Assembly: GCA_964016885.1 (NCBI GenBank)
Contig: OZ024740.1
Span: 287,432,001-287,496,000 of the forward strand
Direction of reading: 5' to 3'
Origin: Eledone cirrhosa
Lineage: Eukaryota
Length of the DNA: 64,000 bases
The notes below the pieces were generated by a model that was not told the DNA's origin, ran no database searches, and was given only the letters and a program-made list of their open reading frames with translations. The position numbers were made by a program, and so were the translations under genes. This document shows, piece after piece, positions 37,900 through 50,789 of this stretch (the first letter of the stretch is position 1; each line of letters opens with the position of its first letter).

Positions 37900-38300
37900 G
37901 TGTTTGTGCATGGTTGTTGCTGTTGTTATTCCATTCATGTTTTCTGTTCAACTTCGGTTTTCTTAGTTCTATATGAGTCATTTCTATGTTTAGATATCAT
38001 TTTAATTTCTATGTTGTCTATATTACCATTATGTCTTAGTCTGGTGTGTTCATATAGTGCTGAACTGTTTTTTTGTCCTTTTAGTTCACCCCAGTGTTGG
38101 TCTATTCTCTACCCTATGCACCGAGCTGTCTCTCCTATATATGTTATTGTCCTGTTTCTGCAAGTACCCTCTGTACACCTTATGGTATAGACTACATTTA
38201 TAATTTTATAATTTATTTGTGAATTTATTCTACATATAACACATTTCTCATTAGTAAAGTGGGTTTTCTTAAAGGAGCAAGTTTTGCTGAATAAGTAAAC
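37900..38300 (-). mobile_element. PLE GIY-YIG endonuclease remnant
   Basis: EKCVICR...NVVYTIRCTEGTC...YIGETARCIG*RIDQH...SALYEHTRLRH. Confidence 0.85.
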
Positions 38301-38326
38301 ATTACAATACAACGAAAGGAAACATA

Positions 38327-38375
38327 ATAGTATCACTGATGATGTCACAGGTGTGTGATGAAAGAACTCTGAGAG

Positions 38376-38380
<5 letters not shown>
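38327..38380 (+). ncRNA. Type I hammerhead, intact core (degenerate sister at 40404-40443)
   Basis: UCA-CUGAUGA-U-GUCACA(GGUG)UGUGAU-GAAA-GAAC-UC/UGA plus distal AUAGU/ACUAU pairing. Confidence 0.75.
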
Positions 38381-38446
<66 letters not shown>

Positions 38447-38599
38447 ACTGTTGGTCAATCAATAACAAACATTGATTGCCACCTAAATTAACTATGGGGA
38501 TATAAAGTATACGGAAGTGAAAACCAACCCAAACAAAACAGTGTCTTTTATTATATGTTTCTGGCAATATTATAACCCAACCCTCCGCAAATATAACAA

Positions 38600-39160
38600 T
38601 GTTTTTTGTCATAACACTGACATGACCACTTTACAGTGATTTGGGGTGTTTTTTGTCGTGGCACCAAAACAACCACTTTACAATGTTGACTGAGAGCCTT
38701 GGGTGGGCGAGGTGCATGGCAATTGGTGAGGTAGATCTAGTGGGAGGGTGTGGATGAAGGGCGGGTGTTAGGATGTAGTTGGATCGTTAGGCCATGGGAG
38801 GTGTATGGAAGGAGAAGGGAGAGGTAAGAGAAAGTAGTGCATACTAGATGTATGCTTCAACCTGTATGTATGGGAAGATGAGTCTTCTGTACTACTGTAT
38901 AATGTCAGAGATCTCGATCCAGTGACATTGCCTTTCAGAGTTGTATTTGATTTGTGCAAGGTCCACTTTTTATTACCTTATTCTAAGTCTTCCTACTCCA
39001 TCAATTTTGAGCAGCCTGCACCTTTTTATACAACTGTCATCCTTCATAAGCCTCACATGTCCATACCAATGCAATCTCCTGTACTACATCTGATACCTCT
39101 TATGTCCAGTTTCTCTCTCGGTTCATTTATGCTTCGCCGTTCATGTATATTACTATTACA
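38600..39160 (-). mobile_element. Old RTE 3' fragment with Ceph-type UTR
   Basis: Similar to 18600-19200. Confidence 0.7.
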
Positions 39161-41499
39161 CAGTTTGTACTTATGCTGTAACACTGATTCTGATTCTTCT
39201 TAATCTATATACATAAGCAGACCTCAGTAATGAATACCCGTTGTTTGCTTGGAATAAATGAACCATAAAATTTAGGAGTGCCTCTCAATGTGTTTCTGTT
39301 TGCCTATAGGTACTTAGCATGAATCTACTTCTGCCTTTGTATTTTTCTCTAAATATAGTTTTTAAAGAATCCCCTTTCTTTAAATCCATCATCAGCCAAT
39401 GATCTCCACCCTCTCCTACCACCAGAAAATGCATAAATACCACCATATTACATTGACAGTCGGCTTTCCTGGTGATGAAACAGTTCTAGTCCTGTAGAAG
39501 CCATTTCTATATTCATTATTTATTGGATTGGCAGTATCGGTAGAGGGTCGGACGCCATGCTTTCCAGCATAGTTACGTCCCTTTACGATTTGAGTTCAAA
39601 TCCCACCGAGGTTGACTTTGCCTTTCATCCTTACGGGGTCGATAAAATAAAGTACCAGTAATGCACTGGGTCATTGCTGGCCTTGTGCCTAAAGTAGAAA
39701 CAATTATTTATACTCTGTTATGTATTGAGGTTACTGTGGTTACCTCCGATTGAAACCGGGATAAACATACATATACATATATATATATTTATATATAGAC
39801 CTACATATATATAAACATACATATATATATATATATACACATACATACATACACACACATAATGACAGACCAGCAAGAAATTAATACGGTAAAGTAAGTA
39901 AATAAATAAACATTTTTAATTCCCACTCTAAAAGTGCATTAAATAACAAACAAATATCAAATACACATACACAGATATTTGAATATCAGCTTTGAGAGTA
40001 AATCACTTGACTCATGTTACTATTAGGTTATTATATATGTGCCTGTGTCTATGTGTGTATATCTAACAAACATATATTCCTTACAGCTGCTTGCCATTTT
40101 CCCTTGGGAGCATTCAATAAATAGAACTGAGCGTGTGTATATTAACACAGAGGTATATGGATATGTATGCAAATTCATATAAGTTCTGTACTGTAGCACA
40201 CAACATTTTTGTACATATGTTATGTGTTTGAGAACAGTAATGGTTGGATGGTGAAGGGTTAGTGTCAAGAAAATTTAAAGCAGCTCCTAAAATGATATCT
40301 ATAATCTAATGCATACACACAGATATACATATATATATATTTCGTTTTTGAATTTGTTGATGGTGTAGGACAGAGCAAAGGAGAGACACAAAATCAAAAC
40401 CCAGTCACTGAGGTCACAGAATGTGTGATGAAAGAGCTTTGACAAATATAAACAACCATCCAGTTATTGAACCAACCAACCAGAAATTTATAATATATTG
40501 AAGTGAAAACCAACAAGAGCGTGTGTTTTTATTGGCAGCATGACCCTCCCAAAGTATATATATATATATAGATATATATATATATATATATCATCATAAT
40601 TCTTTCATTTTACGTCCGCTTTTTCCCTGCTTGCAAGGGTGGGACGGGAACTGATTCTGGCTTGATTTCTACAGCTGGATGCCCTTCCTAACACCAACCT
40701 CATTTACAGTGAGTGCTGGGTGCTTTTTTTGCCGTGGCACCTCCACGACCACTTTGCAGTGGAATGATAGGGACCTCAGTCCTTATCATCTCATTTGTAC
40801 AGCTGAGTAAACTGGATAAATGTGAAATAAAGTGTCTTGCTCAAGGAAACAACACATCACCCAATCTGAGAATTGAACTCACAACCTTATATATATAGGA
40901 GTCATGTGCCTGCTATATATATATCATCATCGTTTAACATCCATTTTCTAAGCCACCATGAGTTAGATGGGTTGTCCCATGTGACTGTGTCTTTCTCTGG
41001 CTAGGTTTCTACAGCTGGATGCCCTTACTAACACCAATCATATTTACAATGTGTGATGGGTACTTTTTATTATGACTCCTACACGACCACTTTACTGTGT
41101 GGGCTGGGTGCATTTTTGTTGTGATACCAACGTAACTTTACAGTGTAAGGGAGGTGTGGACAAAGGACATTGTTCCCCAGAAAAGAGAGGAGGTGGAAGG
41201 ACCCTCCGACTTCCCCCCTGCCCCAGGGTTAGGAAGTAAAGGAAACTCAGAGGAGGGAGTAGATCCCAGGGTCTCTCCTCCGTTTTCCAGGGGAAAAAAA
41301 TCCTTTGCAACATGTTCAAAGCTACGATTAGTTAGTAGTGTATGAAAAGAACGTGGGGAAAACGGGAGGTGGGGGGTCCCCTTTGCAGCATATTAGGAGG
41401 TAAGTTTAGTTTTTTGCACATACACAGAAAAAAAACAGGAAAAAAATTATTTTCCACTGAAACCAGTGGGGGAGGGGTGTCTTTCAATTAAGATTTTTT

Positions 41500-44300
41500 T
41501 ACGTACGTCATTTAGTACATCCACCACCCACCCAAATTAATGTCTCAGAACCACTCAAGTTGTTCCCCTTAATTTTTTTTAATGCAAAGTATACTTCTTA
41601 ACATTTCTACAGTCCACTGACGAAAGCAGGCTGGTAGACTATGCTTCGCTGATGAGGTTTAATACGATCGAAATGTCAGTAGCATTCACTTTACATGCTA
41701 ATAAAGAGAAATCCCTAAGCGTGAAAATTCAATTCTTTTCAAAGTACTTTTTTTTTTAATTTCTTGAATTTTTCTTCTTTTCATTGAAAGTTGCTAACAA
41801 TTGCCATTAGGCTTTTGTCTTCTTTCTCCAACTGAGAAGCTAATTTCAATTAAATAAGATTTTTTTATGTCATTCCATACACCTCCACCTATATAGATTA
41901 TCTAAATTCATGTCATTGTCCCACTTTAGTTATTTCCCTTAGGTCCCTTTTTGTATATATATATACATATATACATGGGAGAGAGAATGTGTGTGTGTAT
42001 CATGTTCCATTTGAAACACTATTCGTCCGTCTCTAAATAACTTGCACTACAAAACGTATAATCTACTCTTAGTTTTAAGTCGAATATATTTATTTACGAT
42101 ATAAAAAATAAATATCTAAACACCAGATACGCTATTTATCTAAACCGTATGTACGATGTGTTTAATTATACTTCATACATGTATGTAATATATAATTACG
42201 TCGACTATGCCCCAGTTTTACTTGTCTTCTAGTCATTTTATCCATGTTTACGAGAAGTGGATATTTTTCTTTGTTTTTCCTATCAATATTTTTTAATATC
42301 ACTTTTGATTCTATATTCTCATAACATCTGTACGATGTGAACTAGAATCCCGATATTTCCTATCAAGAATCGTTTCAATTCACATACTAATTCCTAAATA
42401 AATACGTTGGAGGTTGAATGTAATTTTATACAGGATAGCGAGACTGGTTGTTTGTATTTTAAGCCCCAAGTCAAACCTTGATCAAATAGACCAATGATTA
42501 AAAGGAATTCCAACTATGACTATGCCGATTTTGTAGGGGGAAATTCACGACTATGGATGTGGTTTGAGGGAAATTTGGCTGCCTTTTCTAGTAAGTTGAA
42601 CGACCACGTTGAGGCACTCGCGTTGGCGTGTATAGAATATGTGTAATATGTACAAATAACTATATGACAAATAAATATAACACAGCATGTTTATGTGATT
42701 ATGTATCGGGTGTGTCTAATTATATTCCATGCATGTGTAATAAATACACTACAATAGGATTGTATTTGAATGTAAAGGGAGAAAAAACTTGAGTCCGACC
42801 GCCAAAAGAACCTCTGGATGGTTACTTGACCTGCTAGAAATAGCAGCTACATGTCATCTGTAAAAAGGAAGGGCACGTTGGATAATGCAGTTCTAAATAC
42901 GCTCAGTCTGGTTTTTAAAAAAGGAACGGCTTTGATAGATTTGCCTCATTAGAGCTAACCTAGGTCTAAACAACAAAAATAAAAATGATGGTTTACGTCA
43001 GCGAAAAAAGAAAAAAAGTTGGCAAAGATAGGTTCGTTTGTGTGTCGTAGGATGCAGTTAGTCCTCATGCTTTCCTTCGAAGAAATGAGGAGTGTCTTTG
43101 ATATGGTAAATAGCAATGAAAAAATGGAGTTTGGAAGATATCTAATTGTACATAAAAAAATTACACTTTATATGGCTTTCATAAAATCAGAAAAAGGAAC
43201 ATTAAAACTCAGTATCAAAATTAAAAAATCTGGGTTCGATTTAACTCAATGGCATACATGTCAAGCTGAAATAAAACAGATGTAAGTCTAGAAACATACA
43301 CAGTTAAAAAATATATAGATGATGTAATTATGTTTATATCAATTTAATGTATTGAAGGCAGAACGAGAAACTGCGAAATAGAAGATGGAGAATTGTGAAT
43401 AAAATAAACATAATGTATAAGAGAAAACTAAAAGAATAGAAAAGGGAACATGAGATAGGGAAGGAAGGGCAGACAAACCACAATACGCAGAGGAAGAAAA
43501 AGGGGGTTAAAAAATAGGCTTCTTCAGTAGAATGCGGTAGAAGATACATTATATATATATATATATAATGTATCTTCTATACATATATATATATATACAC
43601 ACACATATATTTAAAAATTTGTCACTAATATACATCTCAATATGTATACATATATATATGCCTACATACATATACATGTGCATATACACACATATATATA
43701 TACGCACACAGCTGTGCAAAGCCGGCATGTAGATAGGGGAACTTCTATCATAGCTTTATTATTTTATAGGCAGATTACTAAGAGCAACTAGTATTGTACA
43801 CGTAAGCGACATTAAACATCAATGTTGAATATTTTATTTGCCTACCTTCATGTATATATATAATATATTATTATATATATTGTATGTTTATGTGTGTAAA
43901 TTTAGACTGCGACAATCTTAGTCCATATGTTTTTTGTCTGTTTTGAAATCGTAGCCATGATTATATATTTCTTCCTTCTACATTGAAGAGTTACTTTACT
44001 GTGTTTAATGGATTTTTAAAGGGTTCAAGATATTATTCTTAAAAGAAACACACACATTATATATGTGTGTGTATGTATATGTACATGTATGAGTGTGTAT
44101 ATATATTTATATATATATAACGAAGGAGTTGTGGTAAGGAACCAGATGCACCATAACGCACCAGAGTACTCAATACTTAGGGTAGTAGAGTGGGTAGGTA
44201 ATAGGAAAATGTATGACCCCGACGGTAGAGCTCAAGCCGTTTCGACGGCTATTTCTCTCTCTCTCTCTATATATATATATATTTCATTAAAACTGATTTT
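41500..44300. promoter_or_regulatory. CpG-retaining region, candidate unmethylated promoter
   Basis: CpG is frequent in unique AT-rich DNA and old repeats here but nearly absent from comparable flanking DNA (judged by eye). Confidence 0.45.
41641..41685 (+). ncRNA. Minimal hammerhead motif
   Basis: AUGCU..CUGAUGA-GGUU(UAAUAC)GAUC-GAAA-UG-UC..AGCAU, AAUAAA downstream. Confidence 0.6.
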
Positions 44301-44674
44301 TTTTCTTCTGGTTACTTAAGCTTTATGCCACTGTGATCTTCAGACATCAAAATTAAGAACATACACTACTCTACAGTGGAAACTTGAGCAAGTGTCTTCT
44401 ACTATAATCTTCATTGTGTTCACACATACATAATTGTTTCTACGTTAGGCACAAGGCCAGCAATTACCCAGTGCATTACTGGTACTTTATTTTATCGACC
44501 CCGTAAGGATGAAAGGCAAAGTCAACCTCGGCGATAATATAGTCAAATAAGTTGGGTAAATAGTAGATAGATAGATAGAGTCTGCATGGGGAGATACAGA
44601 GTGGGTTTAGAGATATGTAAAATCCCAACCACTTGCCATTCATCATCATCATCGCGGTTGGGATTTCACATCTC

Positions 44675-44724
<50 letters not shown>

Positions 44725-45807
44725 AAAGAGTGGAAGTTAGTCAAATCGAAGTTGCGGCGGTCAGCCAGCATCCACGAAAAAACAATTTGGAGCTTGCACG
44801 AAGCACTCAATAAGAGGGTATCGATAAATCGATAAGTTACATCTTAGAGTAATAAACATATGTTAAATAGTGTGACAAATGAGAAACTGTGGTTAAGGGG
44901 ACATATATATATATATATATAGTGTAATGGGTTAAAGACCCCCTTCGGTCACGAATAACCATGGGATTTGAACCTAGAAAGTTCCCCTCCGAGGCACAAG
45001 TTTGGGCAAGATTGTTTGTGGAAGACCAGCAGTCGCCTATGCATACCAGCCTCCACTCTCCACTCCACCGATGTTGTCCAAGGAAAAAGCAAAGGCTGAT
45101 ACATCTTGACATCTGAGACGTTGCAACTGATTTCTACAGCAGTGAACTGGAGCAGTGTGAAATAAAGTGTCTTGCTCAAGAACACAGCGCAAAACTCGGT
45201 CCGAGAATCAAACTCACAACCTCACGATTGTAAGCCTGATGTTCTAACCACTATGCTATGTGCCTTCACACACACACATATATATATATACATCAGCATC
45301 ACCATTTTACGTCCCTTTTCCATGCTATATATATCATCATCATCATCTTCGTTTAATGTCCATTTTCCACGCTAGCATGGGTTAGACGGGAGTTGTCTCA
45401 CTTGAGGCAAGGTTGGTCGGGTGACCATGTCTCGCTCATATAGGACTATCTGGTAGGTTTTCTACGGCTGGATGCCCTTCCTAACACCAACCACATTTAC
45501 ATTGTGGAACTGGGAACTTTTTACTGTGTTACCTACACGACCACATTACAGCGTGGACTGTGTGTTTTTTCTTGTGACACCTACACGATCTCGATCTCAT
45601 TATCTCATTTATTTGGACTGGATGTTGTGGTACCAACTTTATAGAGAGAGGGTGATGTTGGAGAGAGTGGGAGGATAGGGTACAAACAAGCCGAACATTA
45701 TAATAAATGTTCGGTAAACCTATACGTACATATATATATATGTGTGCATGTATGTATATATATATATACATACTACTGTACGTCTGTACACATATATGTA
45801 TGTACGT

Positions 45808-45846
<39 letters not shown>

Positions 45847-46070
45847 CAAAATATCGGTGTACAAAAATAATTTTTTTGCACACTGATTTTCTAACCAGAT
45901 AGTCTATCAATGAAAAGGATCTAAAATTTCCAAAGCAGAGAAAACACACGTTGTTGTTATTGGTACAGCAAATTAGACATCTTATATTTTAAAAAACTAT
46001 AGAGCATACAATTAGTTACAACAATGAAATATCACTTACTTTATATTAGCAATACATTGTTCAACAGAAT

Positions 46071-46163
46071 ACCCAGACAGCTGTTTCTGGCTCGGAAGAA
46101 AAAAACCGATAATTAATTAAATGGATAATTAGTGTACCAAGATTTGAGCTTTCATCAGTGGGT
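46071..46163 (-). ncRNA. Type I hammerhead with long stem II insert
   Basis: ACCCA-CUGAUGA-AAGCUC...GAGCCA-GAAA-CAGCUG-UC/UGGGU. Confidence 0.75.
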
Positions 46164-46908
46164 CAATCTTAGTTAATTAATCAACTGATCAGTTAATCAT
46201 TGCTGTTTAATGTCTATTTTCCATGTTTGCATGTGTTAGATGAGTTGTCAATAAGTCCTGCTTGTACATTTCATTTTTGGCTTGATTTCCATAGCTTGAT
46301 GTCCTTCCTAATGCCAACTACTTTAGAACATGTACTAGGAGGACTACCACCTTACAGGGTGAACAGGGAGCTTTTTCTCATGACACTAGCATTACCACTT
46401 TATAGTGTGGGCTGGGTGCATTTTTAATAGTAGCTCCATGACTGGGGAGGGGGGGTTACATGCTGCCTTTGGAGTAAAAGCATTGGGTCATGGAAGTGGC
46501 GTTGAAGGGAGTGAGTCATGTCTGATGGTATATTTTGAGGCATGCCTGGTTTTCCATGCTGGCATGGGTTGGACAAGGAACAGGTAGGCTAATGAAGAAT
46601 GTAGACTTTGCATATAGTTAATGCACAGGTGTAGGATGCAGCAAAAACACACATGAAATAGGTTCTATCAAATGGTTAGATGACTCCTTAGAAGTATTGG
46701 ACTACTTCTGTTACCTGATTGACCTAATTAGCAGTAGGAGTAGATGCTCTGAAATTACAGTAGCTAGAATAAGAACTAGCTGAAAAAAGTTTGGGGAGTT
46801 ATTCTATTACTTCTGTTATTACCACTATCTTCTGATGCTCACCTACCTACCTATTCACAACACGATGTTGCTCACATAAAGAGTGATGTGTTTAGTGCTG
46901 TATACATT

Positions 46909-46940
<32 letters not shown>

Positions 46941-46950
46941 TATATATATA

Positions 46951-48203
46951 AAAGAAGTCGATGGAAAGCGCGGAGTGGGGAGAACCAAGAAGACCTGGGA
47001 TGAGGTGCTAAAAGCCGACCTTACCCAATTACACCTCTCAAAGGGGATGACACACGACCGTGACCTCTGGCGTCCTGCAGTAATACAGAAGACCCGACCC
47101 CCCCACAGGTACATGCCGAAGCTGAAGAATATAGGTAATATGCCCCCACACCCTCCCACTGCAAAGTGTTCGTGGAGGTGCCATGGCAAAAAAGCACCCA
47201 GCCCACACTGTAAAGTGGACGAGTAGGCGCCATGGCAAAAAAGCACCCAGCATTCACTGTAAATGAGGTTGGTGTTAAGAAGGGCATCCAGCTGTAGAAA
47301 TCAAGCCAGAATCAGTTCCCGTATGAACAAGACAAGGTCAACCGACCGGACACTGCCCACAACAGGACAACCCGTCTAACCCATGTTAGCGATGAAGAAC
47401 GGACGTAAAACGGTGATGATGATGATGATGATATAAAGATTAAAAAGCGAACCCCAATGCATCGAGCTTTAAACCCCCTGGTAAAGTTTATTCCCAATGA
47501 TAACAATACTGTTATTATTATTAATATTATATATATGTGTATGTGTGTGTATATATATATTTATATATGTGTAATAGTAATAAACGCGAACGGCAAAGCA
47601 TGAACAAATTGAGAGAGAGATTAAAAGAGGAATCAAATGCTGTGTGCAGGAGAGGAGTTTGCATTGGTATGGACATGTAATGTGTATGAAGGATGACAGC
47701 TGCATAAAAAGGTGCAGAGTACTAAAAGTCAATGGAAGCCTTGGAGTGGGGAGACCCAAGAAGACCTGGGATGAAGTGATAAAAGCTGACCTTGCCCAAT
47801 TGCACCTCTCAAGGGTGATGATGACACAGGACCAAGACCTCTGGTGTTACACAGTAATACAGAAGACCTGACTTCCCACGGGTACAAGCCGAAGCTGAAA
47901 CATATAGACAATATACCCCCACCCACTCCCACTGTAAAGTAGTCATGTAGGTGTCACGACAAAAAATCACCCAGCCCACACTGTAAAGTGGTCGTGTAGG
48001 TGCCACAGTAAAAAAGCACCCAGTACTCACTGTAAATGAGATTGGTGTTAGGAAGGGCCCCAGCTGTAGAAATCAAGCCAAAATCAGTTCTGTATGAGCA
48101 AGACATGGTCACCTGACCTGGCACTGCCCACAACAGAACAACTCATCTAACCTATGTTAGCGTGGAAGAATGGACGCAAAACAGTGATGAGGAGGATGAT
48201 GAT
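46951..48203 (+). mobile_element. Two 3' fragments of RTE family A (46951-47432 and 47566-48203)
   Basis: EVDGKRGVGR.KKTWDEV, Ceph UTR and (GAT)n in both. Confidence 0.92.
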
Positions 48204-48337
48204 ATATATATATATAATTATATATATATATAAATATATTAAAGATTTAAACAAGATTCAATGAGTATATCAAAGAATGAGTTTTACAGTAGATTGGAAG
48301 CACTCTACGGGAAAAAAATAATTTTCTAGAGTTATTA

Positions 48338-48607
48338 ATATTAAAATACAAATATTAATAAAATAGATGTTCTTTTCATCAATTACATTTTATTATACAT
48401 ATTTTGGATGTACAACAGTACGTCCTCATCAGACAAAATATAATGATACATGACATACCCTGAGATGTTAAATGGTTCATCTCAGGGTATGTCATGTATC
48501 ATTATATTTTGTCTGATGAGGATGTACTATTGTACATCCGAAATATGTATAATAAAATGTAATTGATGAAAAGAACATCTATTTTATTAATATTTGTATT
48601 TTAATAT
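48338..48607. repeat. Near-perfect palindrome: 130-bp arms, 10-nt loop
   Basis: 48338-48467 vs 48478-48607, 3 mismatches. Confidence 0.95.
48501..48563 (+). ncRNA. Type I hammerhead, intact core
   Basis: 12-bp stem I; CUGAUGA; GGAUGUAC(UAUU)GUACAUCC; GAAA-UAUGUA-UA. Confidence 0.88.
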
Positions 48608-49859
48608 ATAAATATATATATATATATATCAATAATTATAACTACTAAGATCAGTTACTACAACAGCACCATACCAGGTATGTATGTTTTGTTAGTTCGG
48701 AGGACCAATTTGTTCAACCTGTGCCAATGAAAATGAACCAGAAAATGTTTATTCAGAAAAGAAAAGGAAAATAAGTAAAAACTCACTCTACGAACATGAG
48801 TTGCTCTATAGCTTGGATATCTTTACCATACTATTACTACTAGATATTTAGATATATCAACTAACCCCCCGCTGTCGCTTCCAGCAAAATACACTACCCA
48901 ATTCTTGTTCCTTCTTTCTTTCTTTCTTTGTATGAAGAAGATAGACAGAGGTAATCAAGGGGAAGAGCCTCAATGATATAAACTTTTTCAATCACTTGAA
49001 GGATTCTTAGAAATGGTTGATAGCTTGTTATCTAGGTGACCTAATTAGCAGCAGATGAGGGTGTTCTGAGAGCATAATAGCTAGAATAAAGAGAGGATGG
49101 AAAATGTTTAGAGAGTTACTCCCACTGTTGACAACAAAAGGTTTCTCCCTGCATACAAAGGATGACTGTATAACGCTTGTGTGTGAAGTATGATGCTGCA
49201 TGGTAGTGAAACATGGGCTGCGACTGCAGAGGACATGCGTAGGATGGGGAGAAATGAAGCAACCATACTTTGTTAGATGTGCAATGTAAATGTGAGAGAA
49301 AGGCAGAGCTTGGATCATCTGAAGGAGAAATTGAGTTTAAGAGGAATCCGAAATGGTGTGCAAGAGAGAAGACTGCGTTGATAAGGACATGTGATGTACA
49401 TGCCAACATGGAAAGCAGATGCAAAAACGATGCTAATTATATATACAATCGAAAGGTTGTGATTTCAATTCTTGGAGCGGGTGATGTGTTGTTTCCTTGA
49501 GTAAGACACTTTATTTCACATTGCTCCAGTTTACTCAGCTGTAGAAATGAGATGATAGGGACTGGGGTCCCTATCATTCCACTGCAAAGTGGTCGTGGAG
49601 GTGCCACGGCAAAAAAGCACCCAGCACTCACTGTAAAGTGGACGTGTAGGCGCCACGGAAAAAAAAGCACCCAGCACTCACTGTAAATGAAGTCGGTGTT
49701 AGGAAGGGCATCCAGCTGTAGAAATCAAGCCAGAATCAGTTCCCGTATGTACAAGACAAGGTCAGTCGACCTGACACTGCCCACAACAGGACACCGTCCA
49801 ACCCTTGCAAGCAGGGAAAAGCGGACGTAAAATGATGATGATGATGATGATATATATCT

Positions 49860-50781
49860 TATCATCCTCATCATCACCATATAACGTCTGTTTTTCCATG
49901 TTAGCATGGGTTAGGAAAGTTGTCCTGTTGAGAGACAAGTCAGATTAGATGACCATGTCTTACTCATACAGAACTGTTTCTGGCTTGGTTTCTACAACTG
50001 GAGGCCCTTCCTAATGCCAACCACATTTATAAGGTGGACTGGGGTGCTTTTTGTCGTGACGCTAAGACGGTCACTTTACAGTGTGGACTGGGTGTGTTTT
50101 TGTTGTGTCACTAACATGACCACCTTACAATGTAGATTTGGTATTTTTTTCAGGGCATCAAACAACCCCTTTACAGTGTGTACAGGGCACTTTTTGTCAT
50201 AGTACAAAAATGACTCCATTACTGTGTGGACTGGGTGCTTTTTGTCGTGAGGGCTAGATGTTCTTTTGTCATGTTAACTTACAGGGTGTACTGGGTGCTC
50301 TTTTGTCAATATGAGCACTTTACATTGTGTACTAGAGGCTGTTATTGTGTCACCAGCATGACCACTTTACAGGGTGAACTGAGATCTTTTAGCCATTTCA
50401 GCAGCATTGTTGGAGACTGTGCTCAGCTTTCCATGTTTGTATATGTGGGTTGGTCAAGAGAGGTGCATCAGATGTGGAAAGTGGTGGTGGGGGCAGTCCA
50501 TGTATGTAGGGTGGGGATTTGAGAAGTAGGTCTAAGGTTGGGTACTTAGCTGGTGAAGGGTGGAGTGATAAGATGTAGGAGCTATATGGAAGGGGAGGGG
50601 GGAAAAGTGGGAAATACAAGAGACTCCTAGTTGTTGCTTCATCCTGTGCAGGAGGGAAGGCAGATCTTCTGCAGTACTGCGCCCAGGTTTCACTATGATG
50701 CAGCATTGGTGTTCGTATACACACATCATACAATCTGCCCATCATTTTGAGGGAAAAACCTTTTGTAGTTGGCAGTGGTAG
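49860..50781 (-). mobile_element. Old RTE 3' region with an expanded array of Ceph-like units
   Basis: GFSLKMMGRLYDVCIRTPMLHHSETW; repeated TTTACAGTGTGGACTGGGTG units. Confidence 0.7.
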
Positions 50782-50789
50782 TATATATA

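Noticed and set aside
43019-43285. 88-aa ORF in the CpG-rich region as a host gene
   Set aside because: LYMAFIKSEK resembles the RTE RT motif LYxAFxDLEK; probably an ancient LINE remnant
44819-44834. DRE-like TATCGATA motif
   Set aside because: Short motif between microsatellites in probable repeat debris; no supporting context
49980-50380. CRISPR-like periodic repeats
   Set aside because: Degenerate tandem Ceph-module units in a eukaryotic RTE 3' UTR; no unique spacers or cas genes
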